Part shown: positions 28,601 to 36,130 of the stretch, piece by piece | Layout: every line of letters starts with the position of its first letter | Numbering within the stretch: position 1 is the first letter of the stretch | Assembly (NCBI GenBank): GCA_017996055.1 | Contig: JAGOHT010000002.1 | Span: forward strand, 1-37,015 | Direction: 5' to 3' | Length of the DNA: 37,015 nucleotides | From: Alphaproteobacteria bacterium | GTDB taxonomy: Bacteria; Pseudomonadota; Alphaproteobacteria; UBA9219; RFNS01 | Made by a program: the position numbers and the translations under genes | The notes under the pieces: generated by a model | Databases searched by the model: none | What the model was told of the DNA's origin: nothing | What the model saw: only the letters and a program-made list of their open reading frames with translations

Positions 28601-28882
28601 GCGGTCATCCTGCGTCTGGCTGTAAACATGCTCGACGCCGTTAATCCCTTTGACGATTTGTTCCAATGGCTTGGTGACAAGTTCGGTCGCATCGGGTGCT
28701 TTCAACCCGTCTGCCGATACCAGAATATCAACCATAGGCACACTGATTTGTGGCTCTTCTTCGCGCGGTATGACCATTAAAGCGGCTAGACCAAAGGCGA
28801 AAGCCGCCAAAAGAAAAAGAGGGGTTAGCGGCGAACTGATTGCGGCCCGCGTAAGATAGCCCGAAAGTCCAAGTTTCATCAT
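25667..28882 (-). CDS. RND-family efflux permease
   Basis: 1071 aa with 12-TM/large-loop RND architecture. Blocks FALIFSIGILVDDAIVVIENI and GFIALAGIIVRNSILLVDF. Confidence 0.93.
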   Translation of the reverse strand: MMKLGLSGYLTRAAISSPLTPLFLLAAFAFGLAALMVIPREEEPQISVPMVDILVSADGLKAPDATELVTKPLEQIVKGINGVEHVYSQTQDDRVMVTARFLTGTKEDDAVLRVHEKLRANYNRIPVGIPEPLIIKRGINDVAVVVMTLSPEKSVAEHWNDKDLYELADKVQSELIKVDDIGLTYISGGVRDEISVEPDPEKLNLFGVTLQQLKGKIQGANRSFLAGYVRDGGKTLQVTAGQTLHGVPDIGLLLLTSRDGRPVYVRDVAKVIVGPSAAEHRVWNLTPDKERNWFTGSAVSIAFAKRAGANAVVVSEALLNHLQQLKGSLIPKGIRIDITRDYGKTANDKANELLFHLALATLSIVVLIGFTIGWREAGVTLIVIPTTILLTMFAANLMGYTINRVSLFALIFSIGILVDDAIVVIENIARHWAMQDGRSRMQAAIEAVAEVGNPTIVATLTVIAALLPMMFVSGMMGPYMAPIPANASAAMLFSFFVAMVVAPWAMLKLSNRQNGTHAPHGGEDVLAKLYRRVATPILHSRRRAWWFLGTVGIATILVCGLFATRSVTVKLLPFDNKSEVEVMLDLPEGASLEDTEKALLSAAHIVGRTPEVLSIQAYAGTPAPFNFNGLVRHYYLREQPELGELQVNLADKADRKRSSHEIALDIRNQLKALTLPAGSVVKVVEVPPGPPVLSTLLAEIYGPDVATRRAVAEEVKTILHSVPYIVDIDDSFGQPRPRLRLSIDQDRLEYFGVEQNDVYDTLGALLGGTTIGYSHRGEDRNPIAIVMRLPKQDLTWSQQLGATPIPANALPGNRSIVELDDVVHASKELGSSVIFRRDGHYADMVTAELAGAYEAPIYGMLDINKLINEHDWGTLPKPVVSLHGQPVSEAKPTLLWDGEWEVTYVTFRDMGAAFAIAILGIYILVVSQFKSFKLPLVILTPIPLTLIGIVIGHWIFNAPFTATSMIGFIALAGIIVRNSILLVDFIRHGAGEGKTLREVLLDAGAIRFRPILLTALAAMIGAATILLDPIFQGLAISLLFGLASSTALTVLVIPAIYVVLRDADAVVRKAA

Positions 28883-29925
28883 GGGTGAACCAGCGTATCG
28901 CCGACTTTAAGCCCAGAAAGGATTTCGATACTCACGGGCAAATCCGGAAGCGTTAAAACATGGCCGCGCTGTACTGGCACTTCAATAACAGTGCTATCGC
29001 TTTGTTTAAGCTGTATAAAATCAATGCCGTTCTGTGTTGTAATATAGTCTCCTGGTATGGCTAAGGCTTTGCGCGTTCCCGTTGATACCCAGACGCGTAC
29101 GCGTTCACCGACGAAATAATCGCCGACGCCATTCAGAACCGCATCAGCTTGCAAGCGGCCATTTTCAATCTTGGGGTATATCAATTTGATCGTACCAGAT
29201 TGCGTTGCCGATAGCCCTAAATCACTGCCATCAACCCGAATGGCATCGCCAGCCTTGATAAAAGCTGCATGCCGTTCCGGCACACTGAGACGCAGAATGT
29301 AGTTCTGCTCCGCTATCGTTGCGACAGGTTCACCGGCCATAATGACAGTACCGGCGGTGATGGGCACCGTTAAAACGCGTCCAGCGGTAGGGGCGAGTAT
29401 TTTTCCCTCGGTCTGCTGCTGCTGGACAACGGATTGTTGCGCCGTCTGAGACTTTAGGTTGTTGATGGCGACGTTATGGGCCGTACGCAATTGTTCGACC
29501 CGAGCTTTAGTAGCGTAGCCCTGTTGGACAAGTTTTTCAGCACGATCAAGATCTAAACGAGTTTGATCAACCTCAGCCTGCGCGGCACGGGCTTGTGCTT
29601 CCAGAGATTGAATTTGTAGGCCGATCTTCTGGTCGCCTACAGTAGCGATGACTTGGTCGCGTTCGACACGATCGCCTTGCTTAATTTTGAGTTCAACGAT
29701 CGTTCCGCCGATACGGGCGCGGGCTGGGACGACATTAGCACTTTCAACGGTAGCAAATACGGCTTTCTCATCGACGGTTAATTTCTCAACAACCGAATAT
29801 TCAGGTTTAGTAATCGTAGCGGCTGTGGGAGGAGAGTCGGCAGCCAATGATATATCGCTGCAACAGATATAGACCAGAGACATAAGTAGAGCCATTACAG
29901 CTCGATTGTGAAAAATGGCTTTCAT
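28879..29925 (-). CDS. RND efflux periplasmic adaptor (membrane fusion protein)
   Basis: 348 aa. Signal/anchor N-terminus, biotinyl-lipoyl-like GGTIVELKIKQGDRVERDQVIATV, a coiled-coil hairpin and a beta-barrel C-terminus. Overlaps the RND start by 4 nt. Confidence 0.9.
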   Translation of the reverse strand: MKAIFHNRAVMALLMSLVYICCSDISLAADSPPTAATITKPEYSVVEKLTVDEKAVFATVESANVVPARARIGGTIVELKIKQGDRVERDQVIATVGDQKIGLQIQSLEAQARAAQAEVDQTRLDLDRAEKLVQQGYATKARVEQLRTAHNVAINNLKSQTAQQSVVQQQQTEGKILAPTAGRVLTVPITAGTVIMAGEPVATIAEQNYILRLSVPERHAAFIKAGDAIRVDGSDLGLSATQSGTIKLIYPKIENGRLQADAVLNGVGDYFVGERVRVWVSTGTRKALAIPGDYITTQNGIDFIQLKQSDSTVIEVPVQRGHVLTLPDLPVSIEILSGLKVGDTLVHP

Positions 29926-29926
29926 C

Positions 29927-30286
29927 TTATTTTAGGTCACGAACGGTGCCACTGGCTGGGTCAAGTGCAATTGTGGGCAATTGGGCACTCTTCCAGGCCT
30001 GGATACCACCAGCCATATGGCTGTGATGAGCCAAGCCAGCCTCTATACAGCGCGCAACCGCAGTCGCCGACCGCTTGCCGGAGCCGCAATGGAAAACAAT
30101 CTGCCTTGAGGCAGGTGCGGGGAGCGCGGCAGGATCAAATGTTGATAATGGGAACAGCAACGCACCATGGATGCGTTCAGCGGCATATTCCTGCGGTTCA
30201 CGCACATCAATGAGGATGATTGATCGATCTGCGAGTTGTTGCGCCACCTCGGCTGGTGTCAGGTCTTTTTGTGTGAGTTGTGACAT
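29927..30286 (-). CDS. single-domain rhodanese (sulfurtransferase)
   Basis: 119 aa. Shows LIDVREPQEY and the active-site loop FHCGSGKRS. Confidence 0.9.
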   Translation of the reverse strand: MSQLTQKDLTPAEVAQQLADRSIILIDVREPQEYAAERIHGALLFPLSTFDPAALPAPASRQIVFHCGSGKRSATAVARCIEAGLAHHSHMAGGIQAWKSAQLPTIALDPASGTVRDLK

Positions 30287-30288
30287 TA

Positions 30289-30651
30289 TCAGGTTCCTTT
30301 GCGTTTTCTAAGTTTGCTGGATGCGGGCTTATCTTTCCCGCATAGAGGCAACGGCGTACAATAAATGCGATAAAGCGTTTCCAAGAGCGTTCTGGCTTCG
30401 GCACTTTTGATCGAGTACCACATCGTTTGGCCATCACGCCGAGCCACGACGAGACCACAATTGCGCATGAGGGCTAGATTCTGTGAAACTGTCGTGGAGC
30501 GAATACCGAGAAACTCGGCCAGTTCGCCAACAGACTTCTCGCCCTCGACCAATTGGCAAAGAATAACCAATCGATGCGGGTTCGCGACAGCCTTGAGTAA
30601 GTCACAGGCTTCAGCGGCTGTTTCCAGCATATGCTCAGCATTAATATTCAT
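30289..30651 (-). CDS. ArsR/SmtB-family regulator, SqrR/BigR-like (candidate persulfide sensor)
   Basis: 120 aa. HTH core ANPHRLVILCQLVEGEKSVGELAEFLGIRSTTVSQNLALMRNCGLV. Cys32 lies in the helix before the HTH, and Cys98/Cys104 lie in the C-terminal helix. The Cys32-Cys98 spacing is 66 residues. Confidence 0.85.
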   Translation of the reverse strand: MNINAEHMLETAAEACDLLKAVANPHRLVILCQLVEGEKSVGELAEFLGIRSTTVSQNLALMRNCGLVVARRDGQTMWYSIKSAEARTLLETLYRIYCTPLPLCGKDKPASSKLRKRKGT

Positions 30652-30677
30652 ACTTGCGAATATACAGAAACAGGAAT
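30644..30677. promoter_or_regulatory. candidate SqrR/BigR-type operators: ATATTC-N8-GAATAT followed by ATAC-N8-GAAT
   Basis: The perfect inverted repeat spans 30644-30649 and 30658-30663 and contains ATTC-N8-GAAT. An adjacent imperfect second site spans 30662-30677. It overlaps the regulator's start codon and the sqr promoter. Confidence 0.5.
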
Positions 30678-30682
30678 ATAAT
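30654..30682 (+). promoter_or_regulatory. sigma70-like promoter for sqr (TTGCGA-17 nt-TATAAT)
   Basis: -35 TTGCGA at 30654-30659 and a perfect -10 TATAAT at 30677-30682, 24 nt upstream of the sqr ATG. GGAGG RBS at 30696-30700. Confidence 0.5.
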
Positions 30683-30705
30683 GCAAGTGAATTTTGGAGG
30701 TAACA

Positions 30706-32004
30706 ATGGCCGAAGTCGTTGTTTTAGGCGCAGGTTTAGGCGGTTCTTTAGCCGCCTACGAGCTTCGTGCGCAGCTAAGAACAGAAGATCGACTCACCGT
30801 CATTGGTCAGGGGGCACACTACCATTTTGTACCCTCAAATCCTTGGGTTGCTGTCGGTTGGCGTAAGCGTAAGGATATCGAAATCGATATTGCCAGCGTT
30901 ATGGCCGATAAATCTATTCGCTATTATTCGCAGGGTGCAAAACGACTCAAGCCTGAGGAAAATTGTCTTATTCTCGGTGACGACACCATCGTTCCCTATG
31001 ATTACCTATTAATTGCCACCGGCCCTGATTTAGCTTTTGATGAAATTGAAGGGTTGGGACCGAACGGGTTCACGCAGTCCGTTTGCCACATTGAACACGC
31101 CGAGAAATCTTACACGGCATTCGAGAAATTTGTTGAGAACCCTGGGCCAGTGATCATTGGCGCGGTTCAGGGGGCTTCTTGTTTTGGCCCAGCATATGAA
31201 TTCGCCTTTATCTTGGACACAGAATTGCGTCGCCGGAAAATTCGCGACCAAGTGCCGATGACATTTGTGACTTCAGAGCCCTACATCGGCCATCTTGGTT
31301 TGGATGGTGTCGGCGATACCAAGGGTATGCTCGAAAGCGAATTTCGTAACCGCCATATCAAATTGGTTACCAGTGCCAAGGTTAAGAAGGTAGAAGCTGG
31401 CCAGATGGCTATTGAAGAGATTGGCGAGGACGGTACGGTCAAAAAAGAAGCAGTCTTGCCGTTTCATTATGCCATGATGCTCCCTGCTTTCCGAGGCGTT
31501 CCGGCAATCAAAGACATTCCTGGTCTCGTGAACCTGCGCGGGTTTGTCTTGATTGATCAGTTCCAACGCAGCAAAGCCTTCGCGAATATCTTCGCGGTCG
31601 GAGTGTGCGTCGCCATTCCTCCTATCGCTGCTACACCTGTGCCTGTCGGCGTCCCCAAAACCGGCTTTATGATTGAGTCCATGGTGACGGCAGCTTCGCG
31701 CAATATTGGGCAGATGCTGCGTAACAAGCCTGTCAACGTCATGGCGACATGGAATGCGATTTGTCTTGCTGATTTTGGTGACAGTGGCGTCGCTTTTGTG
31801 GCGCAACCAGAAATGCCGCCGCGCAATGTCAACTGGTCGTCAAAAGGCCGCTGGGTACATTGGGCTAAGCAGGCATTCGAGAAATTTTTTCTCTACAAAA
31901 TTCGTCGTGGCAAGAGCGAGCCATTCTATGAGCATTGGGGCTTGCAATTGTTGGGGATACGGAAATTGAAAATCACCAAGGCAATGAAGCAACAACAACT
32001 CTAA
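30706..32004 (+). CDS. sqr: sulfide:quinone oxidoreductase (type I-like)
   Basis: FAD motif VVVLGAGLGGSLAAYEL. Three Cys in the expected contexts: TQSVCH, GASCFGPAYEF and AVGVCVAIPP. ATG 30706, after the GGAGG RBS, is preferred over the track's TTG at 30694. Confidence 0.9.
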   Translation: MAEVVVLGAGLGGSLAAYELRAQLRTEDRLTVIGQGAHYHFVPSNPWVAVGWRKRKDIEIDIASVMADKSIRYYSQGAKRLKPEENCLILGDDTIVPYDYLLIATGPDLAFDEIEGLGPNGFTQSVCHIEHAEKSYTAFEKFVENPGPVIIGAVQGASCFGPAYEFAFILDTELRRRKIRDQVPMTFVTSEPYIGHLGLDGVGDTKGMLESEFRNRHIKLVTSAKVKKVEAGQMAIEEIGEDGTVKKEAVLPFHYAMMLPAFRGVPAIKDIPGLVNLRGFVLIDQFQRSKAFANIFAVGVCVAIPPIAATPVPVGVPKTGFMIESMVTAASRNIGQMLRNKPVNVMATWNAICLADFGDSGVAFVAQPEMPPRNVNWSSKGRWVHWAKQAFEKFFLYKIRRGKSEPFYEHWGLQLLGIRKLKITKAMKQQQL

Positions 32005-32027
32005 CCAACACAAAAAAGGTAGATAAC

Positions 32028-32264
32028 ATGAACAAGAACATCCACCCGGTCGAAAGAATAATCCGTGTCGTTGGCGGCGCAGTCTTGGCGTCAATGGCGT
32101 TCTGGGGTCCGCAGAATATGTGGTTCTTATTAGGGTTAATCCCACTGGCCACCGGATTAATGGGCTGGTGCCCTCCCTATGCAATGCTGGGAATTAATAC
32201 AGCAAAAATGTGTGGCGCAAAGTGTGGTTGCGGGACGCCCAATCAACCAAAGGGGATGTCATGA
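32028..32264 (+). CDS. DUF2892 (YgaP-type membrane domain) protein with a Cys-rich tail
   Basis: 78 aa. HPVERIIRVVGGAVLASMAFWG...LIPLATGLMGWCPPYAMLGINT, then the tail AKMCGAKCGCGTPNQPKGMS. Confidence 0.75.
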   Translation: MNKNIHPVERIIRVVGGAVLASMAFWGPQNMWFLLGLIPLATGLMGWCPPYAMLGINTAKMCGAKCGCGTPNQPKGMS

Positions 32265-32467
32265 CAAACCTAGACCAAGCAGTGCTGCGCTTTGCCTCTG
32301 TCGTTGTTCTGGGCAGCCTTGCTTTGGCTTATGCTCATAGCAGCTACTGGCTTTTGCTGACGGCATTTGCCGGGCTGAACATGCTGCAAGCGAGTTTTAC
32401 CGGTTTTTGCCCCGCTGCAATTGTTTTTAAGAAACTCGGCGTTCAGGTGGGTAATGCCTTCCGCTAA
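32261..32467 (+). CDS. DUF2892 (YgaP-type membrane domain) protein
   Basis: 68 aa. MTNLDQAVLRFASVVVLGSLALAY...LTAFAGLNMLQASFTGFCPAAIVFKKLG. Its ATG overlaps the previous stop (ATGA). Confidence 0.75.
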   Translation: MTNLDQAVLRFASVVVLGSLALAYAHSSYWLLLTAFAGLNMLQASFTGFCPAAIVFKKLGVQVGNAFR

Positions 32468-32768
32468 AACAAAAAGGTCAACCGCTGCATGGCTCCTTAA
32501 AGCAAGCCGCTTGCTTAAGTCGCTTGCGCATCCTGTGCGGCTATCAATCCTGCAAACACTTTTGCGTGATGGTGAAATGAACGTCACGCAGATAGTGGTG
32601 TCTCAGAAGGGAATGGCTTCTCAATCACAGGTTTCTCAATTTCTTGCAAGAATGCGTCGTGAAGACTTGGTACAGGCACGTCGTGATGGAATTACCGTGT
32701 ATTACCGGGTGCGGTCGCGTGATGTTCAGAAGCTCTTGGAGGCCGTAGGCGGCATAACTTTTCACTAA
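32454..32768 (+). CDS. ArsR/SmtB-family regulator without any cysteine
   Basis: 104 aa from ATG 32454 (AGGTGG upstream). LLKSLAHPVRLSILQTLLRDGEMNVTQIV...SQSQVSQFLARMRREDLVQARRDGITVYYRV. The translation contains no Cys. Overlaps the preceding gene by 14 nt. Confidence 0.8.
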   Translation: MPSAKTKRSTAAWLLKASRLLKSLAHPVRLSILQTLLRDGEMNVTQIVVSQKGMASQSQVSQFLARMRREDLVQARRDGITVYYRVRSRDVQKLLEAVGGITFH

Positions 32769-32816
32769 AACTTTCCCGCCAAAATCAACTTCTCAAATCT
32801 ATCAAATGAGGAAGCA

Positions 32817-33170
32817 ATGACTAAAGACTATTCTGCTATCACAGGCGACATAAGTGCGTATACGGCTGAGTTGCGTAAGTTAATTCCTGAAGTTATGCAG
32901 GGCTTTAGCGGCATGGCAAAAGCCGCGCTCCAGACCAATTCCCTTGACGAAAAGACCAAAGAATTAATTGCCTTGGTGCTCGGCGTCGCCGCGCACTGTG
33001 ATGGCTGTTTAGGCTTTCATGCAAAAGCGTTAGCACGACTTGGAGCTTCGCATACAGAAGTTGCGGAAGCCCTGGGTATGGCCATTTATATGGGGGGAGG
33101 CCCTTCATTAATGTACGCTGCTGATGCGCTCCGGGCATTTGATCAATTCAAACCTAAAGATGCTGCATGA
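32817..33170 (+). CDS. carboxymuconolactone decarboxylase / AhpD-like family protein
   Basis: 117 aa. Shows the AhpD-type CxxC motif VAAHCDGCLGFH. Confidence 0.85.
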   Translation: MTKDYSAITGDISAYTAELRKLIPEVMQGFSGMAKAALQTNSLDEKTKELIALVLGVAAHCDGCLGFHAKALARLGASHTEVAEALGMAIYMGGGPSLMYAADALRAFDQFKPKDAA

Positions 33171-33403
33171 GCACGAAGCCACCCGAAGTCACTCGACCTG
33201 CTGAAATGCCGAGGAGCCCCAGCCTGCGAAGGTCACTACGCTGGGAAATAACCGGCATACTGGTTTTTAAGTTGACGATAATTCTGGTGGCGGGTTTCAC
33301 GATATTTGGGGCGAGCCACCGCGTTCATGTCAATGCAGACGCCATGACAAATAAGATACTTAGCAACGTTAAGCCTACTACGGTCGAAAAAACGAGGGAA
33401 TGA
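33167..33403 (+). CDS. small single-TM protein upstream of cydA (CydP-like, tentative)
   Basis: 78 aa. Basic N-terminus then a TM helix, LRWEITGILVFKLTIILVAGFTIFG. ATGA overlaps at both ends (with the AhpD-like gene and with cydA). Confidence 0.55.
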   Translation: MSTKPPEVTRPAEMPRSPSLRRSLRWEITGILVFKLTIILVAGFTIFGASHRVHVNADAMTNKILSNVKPTTVEKTRE

Positions 33404-34971
33404 AAATGGAAATGATGGATGTAGTCACCTTATCCCGTCTGCAATTTGGTCTGACGGCTATGTACCATTTTCTGTTCGTGCCACTGACTCTTGGCCTATC
33501 GCTTCTACTGGCGATCATGGAAAGCGTTTGGGTTATGACCGGGCGTACCATCTGGCGCGATATGGTCAAGTTCTGGGGCATATTGTTTGGCATTAATTTT
33601 GCCATGGGGGTCGCTACCGGCATCACGATGGAGTTCCAGTTCGGCACTAACTGGGCTTACTATTCGCATTACGTTGGTGATATTTTTGGTGCGCCATTGG
33701 CAATTGAAGGACTTATGGCGTTCTTTCTTGAGGCAACTTTTGTTGGTTTGTTCTTTTTCGGTTGGGATAAACTCTCGCGTGTTCAACATTTAGTTTGCAC
33801 GTGGTTATTGGCTTTAGGGGCAAACCTTTCAGCACTTTGGATTCTCATTGCGAATGGCTGGATGCAGAACCCAGTTGGTTCACGCTTCAATGTTGACACC
33901 ATGCGTATGGAAGTTACCAATTTCGCGGATGTTATCTTTAATCCAGTGGCTCAAGCAAAGTTTGTGCACACCGTGAGTGCAGGTTATGTCACGGGCGCAA
34001 TCTTTGTTTTAGCGCTGAGCGCATGGTACCTTCTCAAGGGAAGGCACATTGAGATCGCCAAACGTTCAATGACGGTAGCCGTGTGTTTTGGGTTGGCTTC
34101 CGCCTTGTCAGTTGTCGTGCTGGGCGATGAAAGCGGGTACACAGCCAGTCAAAATCAGAAAATGAAAATCGCGGCTATTGAAGCTGTGTGGCACACTGAA
34201 GAAGCCCCAGCGGGGCTTACTCTTTTCGGAATACCTGATTCTGAGCATCAAATCACGCGCTTTGAGATTAAGTTGCCGTGGGCATTAGGATTAATTGCGA
34301 CGCGTTCGATTGATCAGGAAGTCCCAGGAATTGCTAATCTCGTTGAGCAAAATAAAGCACGCATACGTAACGGAATGCTTGCTTATGCGGCACTTGAGAA
34401 GCTGCGGCATGATCGAAAAAATAGTGTCCTGCTTGAGCAGTTTAATGCCCATGAAGCTGATTTGGGATACGCATTATTGCTGAAGCGTTATACTGACGAC
34501 CCGACTCATGCTGACGAAAAAATGATTGCGGCGGCGGCACATGATACTGTGCCCAACATTCCAGTATTGTTCTGGAGTTTCCGTATCATGGTGGCACTGG
34601 GGTTTTACTTCATCGGCCTGTTTGCCCTTGGGTTCTATTACGCCAGTCTCCGGCAGCTTGAGAGAAGAAAACTATTTCTTAAGTTCGCCTTTCTCTCTTT
34701 ACCGCTGCCCTGGATATCCGCTGAACTGGGCTGGGTTGTTGCCGAAATGGGAAGGCAGCCATGGACAATTGACGGTGTTCTGCCAACGTTTTTGTCGGCG
34801 TCTTCCACAGCAGTAGTTAATGTCTGGATATCTTTAGGCGGTTTTGTGTTGTTTTACTCGACACTCTTGGTGGTCGAAATATTCTTAATGATCAAATACA
34901 TCAAGCTTGGCCCACAAGAAAATGCAGTGGTTCCAGCACAGAACGGCATCGCTCAAAATGGAGGAATTTAA
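33400..34971 (+). CDS. cydA: cytochrome bd ubiquinol oxidase subunit I
   Basis: 523 aa. Shows SRLQFGLTAMYHFLFVPLTLG, GINFAMGVATGITMEFQFGTNWAYYSHYVGDIFGAPLAIEGLMAFFLE and GRQPWTI. It has a long Q-loop. The start could instead be Met5 or Met6 (33412/33415). Confidence 0.96.
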   Translation: MKMEMMDVVTLSRLQFGLTAMYHFLFVPLTLGLSLLLAIMESVWVMTGRTIWRDMVKFWGILFGINFAMGVATGITMEFQFGTNWAYYSHYVGDIFGAPLAIEGLMAFFLEATFVGLFFFGWDKLSRVQHLVCTWLLALGANLSALWILIANGWMQNPVGSRFNVDTMRMEVTNFADVIFNPVAQAKFVHTVSAGYVTGAIFVLALSAWYLLKGRHIEIAKRSMTVAVCFGLASALSVVVLGDESGYTASQNQKMKIAAIEAVWHTEEAPAGLTLFGIPDSEHQITRFEIKLPWALGLIATRSIDQEVPGIANLVEQNKARIRNGMLAYAALEKLRHDRKNSVLLEQFNAHEADLGYALLLKRYTDDPTHADEKMIAAAAHDTVPNIPVLFWSFRIMVALGFYFIGLFALGFYYASLRQLERRKLFLKFAFLSLPLPWISAELGWVVAEMGRQPWTIDGVLPTFLSASSTAVVNVWISLGGFVLFYSTLLVVEIFLMIKYIKLGPQENAVVPAQNGIAQNGGI

Positions 34972-34972
34972 A

Positions 34973-36112
34973 ATGTTTGATTACGAAGTCCTACGTTTGA
35001 TCTGGTGGGCGTTGCTAGGAGTTCTGCTTGTTGGATTTGCCGTCATGGACGGTTTTGATTTTGGTGCTGCGGCGTTATTGCCATTTCTCGGCAAGGATGA
35101 TGAAGAAAGACGCGTCATTATCAACACTGTTGGCCCCGTATGGGAAGGCAACCAAGTGTGGTTGATTCTTGGCGGCGGAGCAATATTCGCAGCATGGCCC
35201 TATATCTATGCCGTGGCATTTTCAGGCTTCTACCTTGCTATGTTTCTTGTGCTTTGTACTTTGATTCTAAGGCCGGTCTCTTTCAAATTTCGGAGCAAAA
35301 TGCCCAGTGCTCAGTGGCGCAGTTTCTGGGACTGGTGTCTGTTTATCAGCGGCACTGTGCCGCCGGTTATTTTTGGGGTTGCAGTTGGGAATGCACTTGA
35401 AGGTGTTCCATTTACCTTCGACGATACAATGCGGATGACCTATACGGGGTCTTTGCTTGGGTTGCTTAATTCTTTTGCTTTGTTGGCAGGATTCGTCAGT
35501 TTGGCAATGACCCTGACACAAGGAGCCGTCTGGCTGACTGTTAAGACAGATGGTGACGTGCAGAAAAGAGCCAGAAAGGTTGCCATTTTATCGGCAATTA
35601 CGACCCTTGTGTTATTTGGTGCTGCTGGCTTTTGGGTTGCCCACGGAGTGGATGGTTATCGTCTAACTAGCGAGGCCGCTATGAATGGCCCTTCAAACCC
35701 TATGTTGAAAACTGTTGTGCGGGAGAGTGGCTACTGGATGGCCAATTACGCAAGGTGGCCAATCAGTATGCTGGTTCCTGCGCTTGCCTTCCTGGGCGGC
35801 ATTGTAGTCGTGGCCGCTGTGGCTCTGCGTCGATACGGTCTGGCATTTATAGGCAACTCGCTGACGATTGCGGGCATCATCGCCACGGTGGGTTTCTCAA
35901 TGTTTCCCTTCCTACTGCCGTCATCGCTTGATCCAAACGCTAGCCTGACTGTATGGGATGCTTCGTCCAGTAGAATGACGCTCATCATTATGACAATCGT
36001 GGCGGCTATATTTGTGCCAATTGTCCTAGCTTACACGGGCTGGGTTTACAGTGTGCTACGGGGCAAGGTCACCAAAGCTTACATCCGCGAGCAGGGCAAG
36101 ACCGTTTACTAA
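34973..36112 (+). CDS. cydB: cytochrome bd ubiquinol oxidase subunit II
   Basis: ATG at 34973 lies 1 nt after the cydA stop: MFDYEVLRLIWWALLGVLLVGFAVMDGFDFG...VWEGNQVWLILGGGAIFAAWP. The track ORF start at 34907 lies inside cydA. Confidence 0.95.
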   Translation: MFDYEVLRLIWWALLGVLLVGFAVMDGFDFGAAALLPFLGKDDEERRVIINTVGPVWEGNQVWLILGGGAIFAAWPYIYAVAFSGFYLAMFLVLCTLILRPVSFKFRSKMPSAQWRSFWDWCLFISGTVPPVIFGVAVGNALEGVPFTFDDTMRMTYTGSLLGLLNSFALLAGFVSLAMTLTQGAVWLTVKTDGDVQKRARKVAILSAITTLVLFGAAGFWVAHGVDGYRLTSEAAMNGPSNPMLKTVVRESGYWMANYARWPISMLVPALAFLGGIVVVAAVALRRYGLAFIGNSLTIAGIIATVGFSMFPFLLPSSLDPNASLTVWDASSSRMTLIIMTIVAAIFVPIVLAYTGWVYSVLRGKVTKAYIREQGKTVY

Positions 36113-36130
36113 ATCTGAGAGAGGAAAGTC

